64,000 bases of DNA, taken from contig VXRL01000004.1 of the NCBI GenBank assembly GCA_009838515.1, positions 8,863 to 72,862 on the forward strand. Reading direction: 5' to 3'. A program made the translations under genes and the position numbers. Of the stretch, positions 28,372 through 37,822 are shown one piece after another. Under the pieces are notes generated by a model, which saw only the letters and a program-made list of their open reading frames with translations, had not been told where the DNA came from and ran no database searches. Origin of the DNA: Terriglobia bacterium. GTDB taxonomy: Bacteria > Acidobacteriota > Terriglobia > Bryobacterales > UBA6623. The number at the start of each line of letters is the position of its first letter. Position 1 is the first letter of the stretch.

Positions 28372-28558
28372 AAATCGTAAATCGGACGCGATCCGGGAAA
28401 GCGCTTCCAGTTGATCTGAACTCTCGGAAGCGAGAAGCAACATGGCCCGACGGCAGCCGCTCAAACGGCAGTCCAGCAGCCCGCCAAGTGCGCCTCCTGC
28501 AGGGTGTTGCCGCCAATGGCTGATGCTCGTCGATGTCGCGGGCCGACACTGGGCTCCG

Positions 28559-29362
28559 CTAGGTTTCCGGCACGAGTGCGGCGATCCGGCACGGTGCGCC
28601 CGATCCGCGCCCGATCTTCATCGGGAATGCCAGCAGGAACGCTCCTGTTTTCGGAAGCTCTTCAAGCCGGGCGACGTTCTCGAGAATCGCCACAGACTGA
28701 CCGGCCAGGACTTGGTGGGCAGGAAAGGTCGTTGACGAGCCGGGATCGATGCTGGCAGTGTCGATACCGACTACCGACACTCCCCTGTCGGCGAGCCACT
28801 GCGCGGCATCGGTTGCAATCCCGGGGAATCGAAGGGTGTCCGCCCTGCCCGGCGTGTCGTCGCCGAGGTAGAGCAGTGTGTCGGGCCAGCGCTTGCTCCA
28901 GCCTGTCCGGAAGAGCACGATCGAGCCTTCCTCTAGCGCGCCGTGCTCGGCTTCGAAGGCTGCTAGGTCAGCAGCTGACGCAGCGTAGTCGCGATCGGCG
29001 ATGCATTGTTGCTCGATATCAACAACCGCGACCGGCCCGGCGAGTTCGTCGAGGGAAATGTCGCCGACCGACTCGCCCTCTTCGGCGAAGTGGATCGGGG
29101 CGTCCAGATGCGTGCCGCAGTGCTCGCTCATGGCGAAGTCATAGGCACTGTAGAAGTAGCCGTCCGGCTGCCGCCCCCCAGCGGTTTGGCTGTGCCGGAA
29201 CGGCTGGCCGGTGGGCCAGAACACGGTGTCTTGGTCGAACGAGTGGGTCAGGTCGACGAGCCTGTAGCCCGAAAACGGATCGGCAAGCCGCGAAGATTCG
29301 CTGTCGCAGGCGGATAGAGCGACAGCCGCAACTGCGCAGACGCACAAGGCCCAGCGTTTCAC
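28559..29362 (-). CDS. Cyclase-family protein (kynurenine formamidase-like fold), predicted lipoprotein
   Basis: Lipobox in MKRWALCVCAVAAVALSAC|D. It has the HCGTHLDAPIHF metal-binding motif of the putative cyclase/arylformamidase family. Confidence 0.8.
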   Translation of the reverse strand: MKRWALCVCAVAAVALSACDSESSRLADPFSGYRLVDLTHSFDQDTVFWPTGQPFRHSQTAGGRQPDGYFYSAYDFAMSEHCGTHLDAPIHFAEEGESVGDISLDELAGPVAVVDIEQQCIADRDYAASAADLAAFEAEHGALEEGSIVLFRTGWSKRWPDTLLYLGDDTPGRADTLRFPGIATDAAQWLADRGVSVVGIDTASIDPGSSTTFPAHQVLAGQSVAILENVARLEELPKTGAFLLAFPMKIGRGSGAPCRIAALVPET

Positions 29363-29416
29363 ACGTCGAGTGTACAGCCTAGCGTCGGCGGGCGGGCCGC
29401 TCGCTCGGCGCTTCGT

Positions 29417-30611
29417 CTAGCGGGGCGTGATCCACATCGGGCTCACCCAGACGACCTCTGCGTCGACCTGCTCGCCCCGCACGTCATAGAACGAAGTCTC
29501 GCCGCATTGCGCGGTGGTGTCGGCCCAAGTCAGCTTGACCTGTCGTGACCGCGGATTCGCCGAATGAAAATAACGCCCGTCCTTGGTGATCGCGACCCGT
29601 TCGAAGTCGGCGGTGCCGAGCAGGGAGACTTCGATTCTCGGCGCCTCGCTCGTCTCGAATTCCTCGCCCATGAAATGCCCGTGGCTGCACACGTCCGCGA
29701 GGATGTTGTCTGTTGCCCCGTAGACCCTGCGCTTTCGAATCCCTTCGAGCATCGCTTTGCGGGTCGGTTCGGTCACCCAGACGTTGGCGTATGACATATG
29801 GGTGGAGAGGTGGTCGATGGAAGCCTGGAAGCCCAGCCGATAACCCTTTGCGAGCGCGTAGGAGACAAATCCGAGCGCGCGCCAGCCGCCGATGGAGTCG
29901 TCAGCGGTGTTCGTGCGCGGCCCGTCCGGGATCTCGTAGTTCTGCCGATCGCCCTGATAGATCGCGACCCACGGTTCGAGCTCAGGGTCGTTGTCCCGCC
30001 AGTCCGTGCCCATGCGCGTGCCGGATGTATGAACCGCGGCAAGTCCGTTGCAGCGCCACAGGTACCGGTACAGCACCTGGGTGTCGTGCGCGGGCGTCGG
30101 AGGGTGAGTCCTGTGCCATCTTGGGCAGCCTCGGCAAGGGAAGGACTCCCCGCTGAGCGAACAGGAGGTTGCGATGTCCCTCGGGGTATCGCACGCTGCG
30201 CCCGTAGCTGAACAGAGTGACGAACCTGCCAGCTAGGTGGAAGGCGTCGGAGAGCTTCTGGATGCGCCACGACGGGTATTCGCGATAGCCGTTGTCATGG
30301 TCGCAGCAGCCCGCCCAGTCCATGTAGAACGCGTCGATCAAGCCGCCATCGCGAGCTCCGTCGCCGCTGATCTCGGTGTGTCGATGAAGTCGGTCGCCAG
30401 TCGCGGATATCCTTCGCGAGCGATCTTGCTGCGCGGATATGGCGTAGCGTTCGCCGGCCGGGCTGCCGCCAAGCTGGGGTCCGGTTGCGGCCGGTGCAGT
30501 ATCTCTCGACCACGGCGCCTGCGTTTGCTCGGGCGGTAGTGCGGCGGCAAGCAGCAGAGTCAGCGGCACGAGCCTGAGGAATGTGATAGCTAGCGATTCT
30601 CCAGCAGGCAC
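29417..30611 (-). pseudogene. Frameshifted (or mis-sequenced) secreted metal-dependent hydrolase-like gene, split into ORFs 29982..30611 and 29417..30076
   Basis: The N-terminal ORF has a signal peptide plus HRHTEISGDG...CCDHDNG...YPEGHRNLLFAQRG, then decays into Arg/Pro/His-rich sequence. A different frame resumes with ..PPTPAHDTQVLYRYLW..HTSGTRMGTDWRDNDPELEPWVAIYQGDR..GFQASIDHLSTH. The two frames differ by 1 nt, and the switch must lie around 30080-30115. I cannot name the family with confidence. Confidence 0.6.
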
Positions 30612-30657
30612 ATTCTAAGGCCTGCAATCACGCTGTATAATCGGCGTAGGGCGTCGA

Positions 30658-31224
30658 GTGCCTTTACTTGCAATGCAACGAGCCGCGCTGTTTCTGACCA
30701 TCGTCGCGACGGCCTTGGCCCTCGCGTGCGGCATCGGCCCCATGCCGGACGAGGACGGCAATCCGGCTGCGGCCGCCGAAGGCTCCGCTAACCAATCAGT
30801 CCCGGAATTCAGCCTGCGGGATTTGGACGGCAAGACGCACACCAACGCCGATATCGAAGGCAAGGTCGTCCTGCTCAACTTCTGGGCGACTTGGTGCGGC
30901 CCCTGCAAGATCGAGATGCCGTGGTTCGTGGACTTCCAGCGCAAGTACAAGGATCGCGGCTTTACCGTCTTGGCGGTCTCTCTCGACGAGGATGGCTGGG
31001 ATCCGGTGCGCGAGTTCGCCGAGAGGCTGGAATTCAACTTTCCGGTGTTGATGGGCGATGACGCTGTCTCGGACGCCTTTGGCGGCATCATGGTGCTGCC
31101 CACCACCCTGATCGTGAACCAGGCGGGCAAGATCGTATTCACCCACCAAGGCCTGGTAGCGAAGGCAACCTACGAAGAAGAGATCGAGGTTCTGCTGGAC
31201 GTGAATGCCACGGCATCGCTCTAG
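30658..31224 (+). CDS. TlpA/ResA-like periplasmic thiol:disulfide oxidoreductase (thioredoxin fold), probable lipoprotein
   Basis: WATWCGPCKIEMP active site and a lipobox-like ALALAC. The start is GTG 30658 or ATG 30673. Confidence 0.85.
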   Translation: MPLLAMQRAALFLTIVATALALACGIGPMPDEDGNPAAAAEGSANQSVPEFSLRDLDGKTHTNADIEGKVVLLNFWATWCGPCKIEMPWFVDFQRKYKDRGFTVLAVSLDEDGWDPVREFAERLEFNFPVLMGDDAVSDAFGGIMVLPTTLIVNQAGKIVFTHQGLVAKATYEEEIEVLLDVNATASL

Positions 31225-31693
31225 CGCAACTCCGCTCAAGGCCGCTGCCGCGCTCTTCGCGCTGCTCGGCGCGCCGCTGTCGGCCCAGCAGCTGGGGTTC
31301 TCGGCCGCCACGATCGAGCCCAGCCCGGGCATTCGGATCACCGGCGCCGGACCGTTGCGAGTCCCGATCGCGGTTCGCATCCGCCGCGGCTACCACATCA
31401 ATTCCGACAAGCCGAACGATCCGTACCTGATCCCGACCTCCCTGGCCTGGCCCAGCGTTCCGTTGCGCGTCGACTCGGTTTCCTATCCCCCCGCGGAAGA
31501 GGTCAAGTACGACTTCTCCGACAAGCCGCTCTCGGTGTACTCGTCGCGCGTCGAAATCGTGACGACGTTCCATGTGGAGTCCGTGCCGGCGGATACGGGC
31601 GAGTTGCGAGGCTCGTTCCGCTTCCAGGCGTGCAACGACAAGGCCTGCCTGCCGCCCAAGACACTGCCCGTCAGGGTTCCGGTTCGCCGCTGA
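31205..31693 (+). CDS. Stand-alone DsbD N-terminal (DsbC/DsbD_N-like) domain protein
   Basis: It overlaps the tlpA-like gene by 20 nt. Signal peptide MPRHRSSATPLKAAAALFALLGAPLSAQ. Motifs: GYHINSDKPNDPYLIPT and FRFQACNDKACLPPKTLPVRVPV. Confidence 0.65.
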   Translation: MPRHRSSATPLKAAAALFALLGAPLSAQQLGFSAATIEPSPGIRITGAGPLRVPIAVRIRRGYHINSDKPNDPYLIPTSLAWPSVPLRVDSVSYPPAEEVKYDFSDKPLSVYSSRVEIVTTFHVESVPADTGELRGSFRFQACNDKACLPPKTLPVRVPVRR

Positions 31694-31717
31694 GCCGACG
31701 GGATTCCGCTATCATTC

Positions 31718-32542
31718 TTGGCAATGCCGACCCCTCGAGTGCGCCTTGAGCGGAGCGCCTGCGTAGCCACCTTGGTGCTCGACCGCCCGGAAGTCCGCAA
31801 CGCGCTGGACAACGACACCGTCGAGGAGCTTTGCGACAAGCTGCGGTCGCTCGCGGCGGATTCCGGCGTGCGCGTGGTCCAGCTGGCCGGGGCCGGAAGC
31901 TGCTTCAGCGCCGGTGCCGACTTGCGTGCGATGCGCCGCATGGGCACCGCCGAACCGGCCCGGAACCTGGCCGACACTCGCCGTTTCGTCGAGATGCTTC
32001 GGCTGTTGCACGCGATGCCCAAGCCGACCGTGGCCCGCGTTCAGGGCGCTGCAGTGGGTGGTGGCGTCGGCTTGGTCGCTTGCTGTGATGTCGCGGTTGC
32101 TTCCGAGGACGCCTTCTTCCGGCTGAGCGAGGTACAGCTCGGACTCGTGCCGGCGATGGTGGGCCCGTACTTGGTCGAAGTGCTTGGCGCCAAGTTGGCG
32201 CGGCGTCTGATGCTGACTGCCGAGCGGGTCGATGCGCTCCGCGCGCAAGCGTGGGGACTCGTTGACGAGGTGGTGCCTGCGACGGAGCTTGATGCAGCGA
32301 CCCAGAAGATGACGGACCGCTTGCTGAGGGGCGCGCCGGGCGCGTTGGCGACCTGCAAGGAGCTTGTCCGCGAGATTTCAGACAGCCCGCTGGACGATGA
32401 GATCCGCGACCGGACAGCGCAGGTCCTAGCGGTGCGGAGGTCCACGGACGAGGGGCGTGCCGGGGTGCGCGCCTTCCTTGACAAGGGACGCGCGCCCTGG
32501 CTGGCGGCCAAGGGCGGGGGAACGGAAACATGCAAGACCTAG
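31718..32542 (+). CDS. Enoyl-CoA hydratase/isomerase (crotonase) family protein
   Basis: LDRPEVRNALD, GSCFSAGADL and VQGAAVGGGVGLVACCDV are crotonase-fold blocks. Confidence 0.85.
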   Translation: MAMPTPRVRLERSACVATLVLDRPEVRNALDNDTVEELCDKLRSLAADSGVRVVQLAGAGSCFSAGADLRAMRRMGTAEPARNLADTRRFVEMLRLLHAMPKPTVARVQGAAVGGGVGLVACCDVAVASEDAFFRLSEVQLGLVPAMVGPYLVEVLGAKLARRLMLTAERVDALRAQAWGLVDEVVPATELDAATQKMTDRLLRGAPGALATCKELVREISDSPLDDEIRDRTAQVLAVRRSTDEGRAGVRAFLDKGRAPWLAAKGGGTETCKT

Positions 32543-34035
32543 TCTCTAGATCGGCTCTTACCCGCAGACGGGCACTGCAGTCTTTCGCGGGCGGTGCGGC
32601 GGCGTTCCTGACGCGCTGCGGGGGCTCGTCCGCGCCGCGCCCCAACATCTTGCTGGTGATGACCGACGACCAGCAGCACTCGCAGATGAGCTGCGCGGGC
32701 CATCCGCTGCTGCAGACGCCCAACATGGACCGCCTGGCCAGCGAAGGAGCTCGCTTCGCGAACGCCTATTGCACCAACTCGCTGTGCGCTCCGGGCCGGG
32801 CCACCGTCTTGACGGGCTGCTATTCGCATGTCCACGGAATCCGCGGCAATTCCGAGAAGGCCGATGCCGTGGAAGAGCTGGACCCGAGCTTGCCGACGTT
32901 CCCGCAATTGCTCCAGCAGGCCGGCTATCGCACCGGCTTGGTCGGCAAGTGGCACCTGCGCCAGCAGCCTCGCGGCTTCGACGAATGGAAGGTCCTTCCC
33001 GGACAGGGCGTCTACTTCGATCCCGACTTCATCGCGAACGGCCAGCCGAGCAAGGAGTCCGGCTATGCCACCGACATCACGACCGACTTCGCCCTCGACT
33101 TCCTGCGTCGCGGCGGCCCGGGGCCGTTCTGCCTGCTGTACCAGCACAAGGCCCCGCATCGACCGTTCACGCCCGCTCCTCGGCACGCGGGCATGTTCGC
33201 CGACAGCGACTGGCCAAAGCCATCGACCTATGACGACGACTACGGCACTCGACGAGTGGCGGCGGAGGCGCGCGACATGCGTTTCGAGGTCAGCTTGGAG
33301 GGCGACTACCCGGACCTGCCGCCCGGCTTGAGCCCGGCCCAGAAGCGCGAATGGATCTACCAGCGCTTCGCCAAGGACCACCACCGGGCCGTGTACGGAG
33401 TTGACGAGGGACTGGGCCGCGTTCTCGACTACTTGGACACGTCAGGCTTGGCCGAGGACACGCTCGTGCTCTACACGACCGACAACGGCTATTTCATCGG
33501 CGAGCACGGCTGGTATGACAAGCGCTTCATGTACGAGCCGGCGTTGCGCGTCCCGTTGCTCGTGCGCTACCCGCGCCTAGTGGCGGCCGCTCAGGTCGAA
33601 GACCGTCCGGCTGTCAACATCGACATCGCGCCGACACTGCTCGACTTTGCCGGCGTGGACGTGCCCGAGCAGATGCAGGGCCGCAGCTTGCGGCCGCTGC
33701 TGGAAGGCAGCCCGCCGGACGACTGGCGGGACTCGATCCTGTACAGCTACTACGAGAACTCGTGGGCGTTTCGCGAAATGGCCCGCGAGCAAATGACGGA
33801 TCCGAGCTTTCAGTACTGGACTCCGCACCGGGTGGGCCCGCATCGCGGAGTCCGCACCGACCGCTACAAGTTGATCGAATACTACGGGGAGGGGGACTAT
33901 TGGGAACTCTTCGACCTGCACGAGGACCCTGACGAAGTGCACAACCTTTACACGGAGCCCGGACACGCCGATTTGATCCAAGAGCTGCAAGCGGAGCTCG
34001 CGCGCCTGAGGGACCACTACGGAGAGCGCGGCTGA
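32530..34035 (+). CDS. Tat-signal sulfatase (formylglycine type)
   Basis: SALTRRRALQSFAGGAAAFL, NILLVMTDDQ, CTNSLCAPGRATVLTG (CxPxR) and GKWHL. It overlaps the upstream gene by 13 nt. Confidence 0.9.
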   Translation: MQDLVSRSALTRRRALQSFAGGAAAFLTRCGGSSAPRPNILLVMTDDQQHSQMSCAGHPLLQTPNMDRLASEGARFANAYCTNSLCAPGRATVLTGCYSHVHGIRGNSEKADAVEELDPSLPTFPQLLQQAGYRTGLVGKWHLRQQPRGFDEWKVLPGQGVYFDPDFIANGQPSKESGYATDITTDFALDFLRRGGPGPFCLLYQHKAPHRPFTPAPRHAGMFADSDWPKPSTYDDDYGTRRVAAEARDMRFEVSLEGDYPDLPPGLSPAQKREWIYQRFAKDHHRAVYGVDEGLGRVLDYLDTSGLAEDTLVLYTTDNGYFIGEHGWYDKRFMYEPALRVPLLVRYPRLVAAAQVEDRPAVNIDIAPTLLDFAGVDVPEQMQGRSLRPLLEGSPPDDWRDSILYSYYENSWAFREMAREQMTDPSFQYWTPHRVGPHRGVRTDRYKLIEYYGEGDYWELFDLHEDPDEVHNLYTEPGHADLIQELQAELARLRDHYGERG

Positions 34036-34090
34036 GGCGCGCCGCAGGAGCTGACCGCCTTCCGTGTCCGTCGTCGCGGCCTGATTTTCC

Positions 34091-35143
34091 ATGCCTGAAT
34101 CCGGCGCACACCGGCGGGCGGGCTGGCTTGCGGAGCTTGAGGCGCGGCCCAAAGCGGAATTGCACCTGCACTTGCGCGGTGCCATCCCACGCGAGTACCT
34201 CAGCGATCGGGTTCGCAAGTGCCCTCCTACCCAAGCCCTTGAGTCGGCGCCGCCGAACCAACTCGCAAGGCTCCGCCGGCAGCCCGCCATCGCGCGCATC
34301 CTGGCCGCCAGCGATCCAGCCGAGGAACTGGACGGGCTGTTCCGGTTTGACAGCCTCGACCAGTTCTTGGCGGCCTACTTCTTCACAGTCTTCTTCGTAC
34401 GTGAAATCGACGATTTCCGCGGGCTAGTCCTTGGCGTGCGAGAGCATCTCCGCGCCCAGAACATCACCTACGCCGAAGTCACGGTCTCAATCCCCGAGTA
34501 CCTGCAGCAGGGACTGCCCTTGGAGGGAATTCTGGACGTATTGGGACGGGATCCGCCAGCCCGTCCCAAGGTGCGCTGGATCGTGGATCTAGTGCGGAAC
34601 TACGGACCGGACGCGGCGGAGCGACTGCTTGAGAGGTTGCTGCCGCTGCTTCCGCCCACCGTGGTGGGGCTGACGCTCGGCGGCGCCGAGCGCCTGTATC
34701 CGCCCGGGCAGTTCGAGCGCGTTTACGCGCTTGCCCGCGAGGGGGGGCTCAGGACCACGGTCCACGCCGGCGAGGCCCTGGGGCCGGAGAGCGTCTGGCA
34801 TGCCCTGGACACGCTCCGGGTCGAGCGGATCGGGCACGGTGTCCGCGCGATTGAGGATCCCATGCTGGTCAGTCACCTTGCCGAGCGCAAGGTCCCGCTC
34901 GAGATTTGCCCGACGAGCAACGTCCGGACGGGCGTATATCCCTCGATGGACGCACACCCGGTGCGAGCCCTGTACGAGGCTGGCGTGCCGATGTCGATCA
35001 ACACCGACGATCCGACGTTTTTCGGCGTTTCGCTGGCCGAGGAACTGGCCGGACTCCGGAGCCTCGGGTTCACCACGGCTGAGATCGACGGGCTGGCGAG
35101 CGGCGCCTTCGCGTTCGCCTTCGATGCCGAGGCGGCCACTTAG
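34091..35143 (+). CDS. Adenosine/adenine deaminase family protein
   Basis: ELHLHLRGA, TVHAGE, RIGHG and SINTDDP are amidohydrolase ADA motifs. Confidence 0.85.
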   Translation: MPESGAHRRAGWLAELEARPKAELHLHLRGAIPREYLSDRVRKCPPTQALESAPPNQLARLRRQPAIARILAASDPAEELDGLFRFDSLDQFLAAYFFTVFFVREIDDFRGLVLGVREHLRAQNITYAEVTVSIPEYLQQGLPLEGILDVLGRDPPARPKVRWIVDLVRNYGPDAAERLLERLLPLLPPTVVGLTLGGAERLYPPGQFERVYALAREGGLRTTVHAGEALGPESVWHALDTLRVERIGHGVRAIEDPMLVSHLAERKVPLEICPTSNVRTGVYPSMDAHPVRALYEAGVPMSINTDDPTFFGVSLAEELAGLRSLGFTTAEIDGLASGAFAFAFDAEAAT

Positions 35144-36069
35144 CCAGCTCCGGCCGGCGGTCGCAGCCGGCCCGTGAGTTCGGCCGCCCTGGCCGTGCCC
35201 TCGGCCTCAAGGTAGGAATCAAGCTCCGCGGGCAGGTCCGCGACCCGCGCCGGATCCCAGAAACTCGCGGTGCCCACCTGTACCGCCGTTGCGCCGCACA
35301 AGAGGAACTCGACGATGTCTTCGGCCGTTGCGATCCCGCCGATACCGATGATCGGTACATCCACCGCCTGGGAGACTTGGCGCACCATGTGCAGGGCGAC
35401 GGGCTTGATCGCCGGCCCGGACAGGCCTCCCGACCCGGTGCTGAGCACCGGCCTGCGCCTGTGCGCGTCAACTGCCAGGCCGCGCAGAGTATTGATCAGG
35501 CTCAAGCCGTCGGCGCCGGCTTCGACGGCTGCCCGCGCCATTTCGCCGATGTCGGTGACGTTCGGCGAGAGCTTCACCAACAGGGGGCGCCGCTTGGCAA
35601 CGGCTCGCGCCGCCTCGACAGCTCGTGACAGCTCCCCGGCGTGCGCGCCGAATTCCAGGCCTCCCCGCTTGGTATTGGGACAGGACACGTTCAGCTCGTA
35701 GGCCGCCAAGCCCTCGGCGTCCTCAAGGACGCTCAGGACCTCGACATAGTCGGCGACGTCGTAGCCGAAGACGTTGGCGAAGACCGGGACACCGAACTCC
35801 CCCAAGAGCGGGAGCTTCTCGGCAACGAACGCCTTTACGCCTACGTTTTGCAGGCCGATTGCGTTGAGCATGCCTGCAGCAGTCTCGGTCACGCGAGGCG
35901 ACGCGTTACCGCGGATCGGCTCGCGAGACAGGCCCTTGACTACGATCGCTCCGATGCGGTCCAGCGCCGCTTGACTGGCGAACTCGCCGCCGTAGCCGAA
36001 CGTACCGCTCGCGGCGATGACCGGATTCTTCAGTTCGATGCCACACAGCGTGGCGCGCAGATCAGCCAC
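35140..36069 (-). CDS. pyrD: Dihydroorotate dehydrogenase, class 1 catalytic subunit
   Basis: LKNPVIAASGTFGYG, ELNVSCPNT (Cys base), GGLSGPAIKP and IIGIGGI. Its stop overlaps the convergent deaminase stop. Confidence 0.9.
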   Translation of the reverse strand: MADLRATLCGIELKNPVIAASGTFGYGGEFASQAALDRIGAIVVKGLSREPIRGNASPRVTETAAGMLNAIGLQNVGVKAFVAEKLPLLGEFGVPVFANVFGYDVADYVEVLSVLEDAEGLAAYELNVSCPNTKRGGLEFGAHAGELSRAVEAARAVAKRRPLLVKLSPNVTDIGEMARAAVEAGADGLSLINTLRGLAVDAHRRRPVLSTGSGGLSGPAIKPVALHMVRQVSQAVDVPIIGIGGIATAEDIVEFLLCGATAVQVGTASFWDPARVADLPAELDSYLEAEGTARAAELTGRLRPPAGAG

Positions 36070-36151
36070 GAGTCAGTTCACTCCATTCTCCACGCTCTCG
36101 CTGTCGAAGCTGGCTCCGCAGGTGCCGCGCCGAATGCTGATAGATTGATCT

Positions 36152-37690
36152 TTGGGCACCAGCAGCCATTATGACTTGGCCATCGTCGGTGGTGGGATCA
36201 ACGGTTGCGCCCTGGCCCGCGAAGCGGCCCAAGCAGGCTTGCGGGTGGCCCTGCTGGAAGCGCGCGACTTCGGGGCCGGCGTCACCAGCCGTTCGACCCG
36301 CCTGATCCACGGCGGGCTCCGATACTTGGAGAGCTTTCGACTCTCGCTCGTGCGCGAGTCATTGAGGGATCGCGCGACGCTGTTGCGCGAGTTTCCCGGA
36401 ATTGTCCGGCCCCAGCCGTTTCTCCTGCCCGTGTACCGCAGCGATTCCCGCGCACGGTGGTACGTCGCTTGCGGGTTGGCCCTGTATCGCCTGCTCTCCG
36501 CCGGCGGCACTCTGCCAGCGCCCAGACGGGTCGATGCACGCGAGCTGCTGGGGCTGCTGCCCGAACTCGACCCGGATGGGCTGGTCGGCGGCTTCGAGTA
36601 CTTCGACTGCCAAGCCGTTTTTCCGGAAAGGCTTGCGCTCGAGATGGCCATGCAGGCGGAGTCAGCCGGTGCAGACATCCGCAATCATGCGCGGGTCACA
36701 GGCCTGCTCTTGCGCGATTCCCGAGTGGAAGGCGTCCAGTTCGAAGGGCTGTGCGGTTCGGGGGAACTGCGCAGCCGCGTGGTCGTAAATGCCACGGGCG
36801 CATGGGTAGACCAACTGCTGAGACTCGTCAGGAGGGATGCTTCCGAGTCCCTGCTGTCGTTGGTGAACGGCGCACACATCGTGGTGCGTGATCTGCCCGG
36901 CGCTCCGCGGCATGCGGTCTACCGGGAGGCGCGCTCCGACGGGCGCCCGTTTTTCATCATTCCGTGGCGAGGCTTGCGATTGATCGGCACTACGGAGACC
37001 CTGTTCTGCGGGGATCCCTCCGTCACGCTGCCCGAGGAATCCGAGATTCGCTACTTGCTCCGGGAGGCCAATGCGCTGTTCCCAACGGCAGACCTTGACC
37101 GCGGCAACGTCCTGTATGCCTATTCCGGCTCGCGCCCAATCCTGAAGGCGCCTCAGGATGACTTCAACCGGGCGTCGCGCGACCACGCGATCGTGGACCA
37201 CCAGAAGACGGACGGCATAGCCGGCCTGCTCACGATGGCGGGCGGCAAGCTGACGACGGCGCCGTCGTTCGCAAAGGCCGTGCGGCGCCGCGTTGCGGGC
37301 ATGCTGGGAACCAGCACCGCTGACGCTGCACCGGCGCAGCCCCGCTCTGTGAACGGGGCACCCTCCGAGTTTGCAACACTGTACGGCCCGCGCTGGAGCG
37401 AAGTACTGGCTGCCATCGCAGCGGATCCAGACATGATGCGCCCATTGGCAGACGGTTGTTCGACGAAGCGCGGTCAGGTCCTCTACGCCATCGAGCACGA
37501 GCGGGCCAAGACGTTGGCAGACGTGATGTTGCGGCGCACTGGCGCGGCCTACGACCCGAGCTACGAGCGCTCTTGGGCCGAGGCCGCCGCCGATCTCGCC
37601 GCTGGAAGGCTTGGATGGGGTCGCGCAGAAAGGGAGAGAGCGCTGGCCGAGTACGATGCCGAGCTTGCCCAGACTTTCCTGAGAGAATAG
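36152..37690 (+). CDS. glpD: FAD-dependent glycerol-3-phosphate dehydrogenase/oxidase
   Basis: TTG start. YDLAIVGGGINGCALAREAAQAG, TSRSTRLIHGGLRYLE and GGKLTT, with a C-terminal helical domain. Confidence 0.85.
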   Translation: MGTSSHYDLAIVGGGINGCALAREAAQAGLRVALLEARDFGAGVTSRSTRLIHGGLRYLESFRLSLVRESLRDRATLLREFPGIVRPQPFLLPVYRSDSRARWYVACGLALYRLLSAGGTLPAPRRVDARELLGLLPELDPDGLVGGFEYFDCQAVFPERLALEMAMQAESAGADIRNHARVTGLLLRDSRVEGVQFEGLCGSGELRSRVVVNATGAWVDQLLRLVRRDASESLLSLVNGAHIVVRDLPGAPRHAVYREARSDGRPFFIIPWRGLRLIGTTETLFCGDPSVTLPEESEIRYLLREANALFPTADLDRGNVLYAYSGSRPILKAPQDDFNRASRDHAIVDHQKTDGIAGLLTMAGGKLTTAPSFAKAVRRRVAGMLGTSTADAAPAQPRSVNGAPSEFATLYGPRWSEVLAAIAADPDMMRPLADGCSTKRGQVLYAIEHERAKTLADVMLRRTGAAYDPSYERSWAEAAADLAAGRLGWGRAERERALAEYDAELAQTFLRE

Positions 37691-37822
37691 CCTGGACCGC
37701 CCTCCCGGCCCGGCGGGCTCAGGGGTTGCGGCGCCCAGCGGGCCGGGCGCGGCAACGGTGCCGGACGTGGATCGTGCCGCAGATTCCTTGCCCAGGCATG
37801 CCGGTCAGTTACGATGGCGTAG

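Noticed and set aside
29982-30076. The overlap of the two halves of the split hydrolase gene as a programmed ribosomal frameshift site.
   Set aside because: I could not identify a slippery heptamer or downstream structure. A mutational or assembly indel is the simpler explanation.
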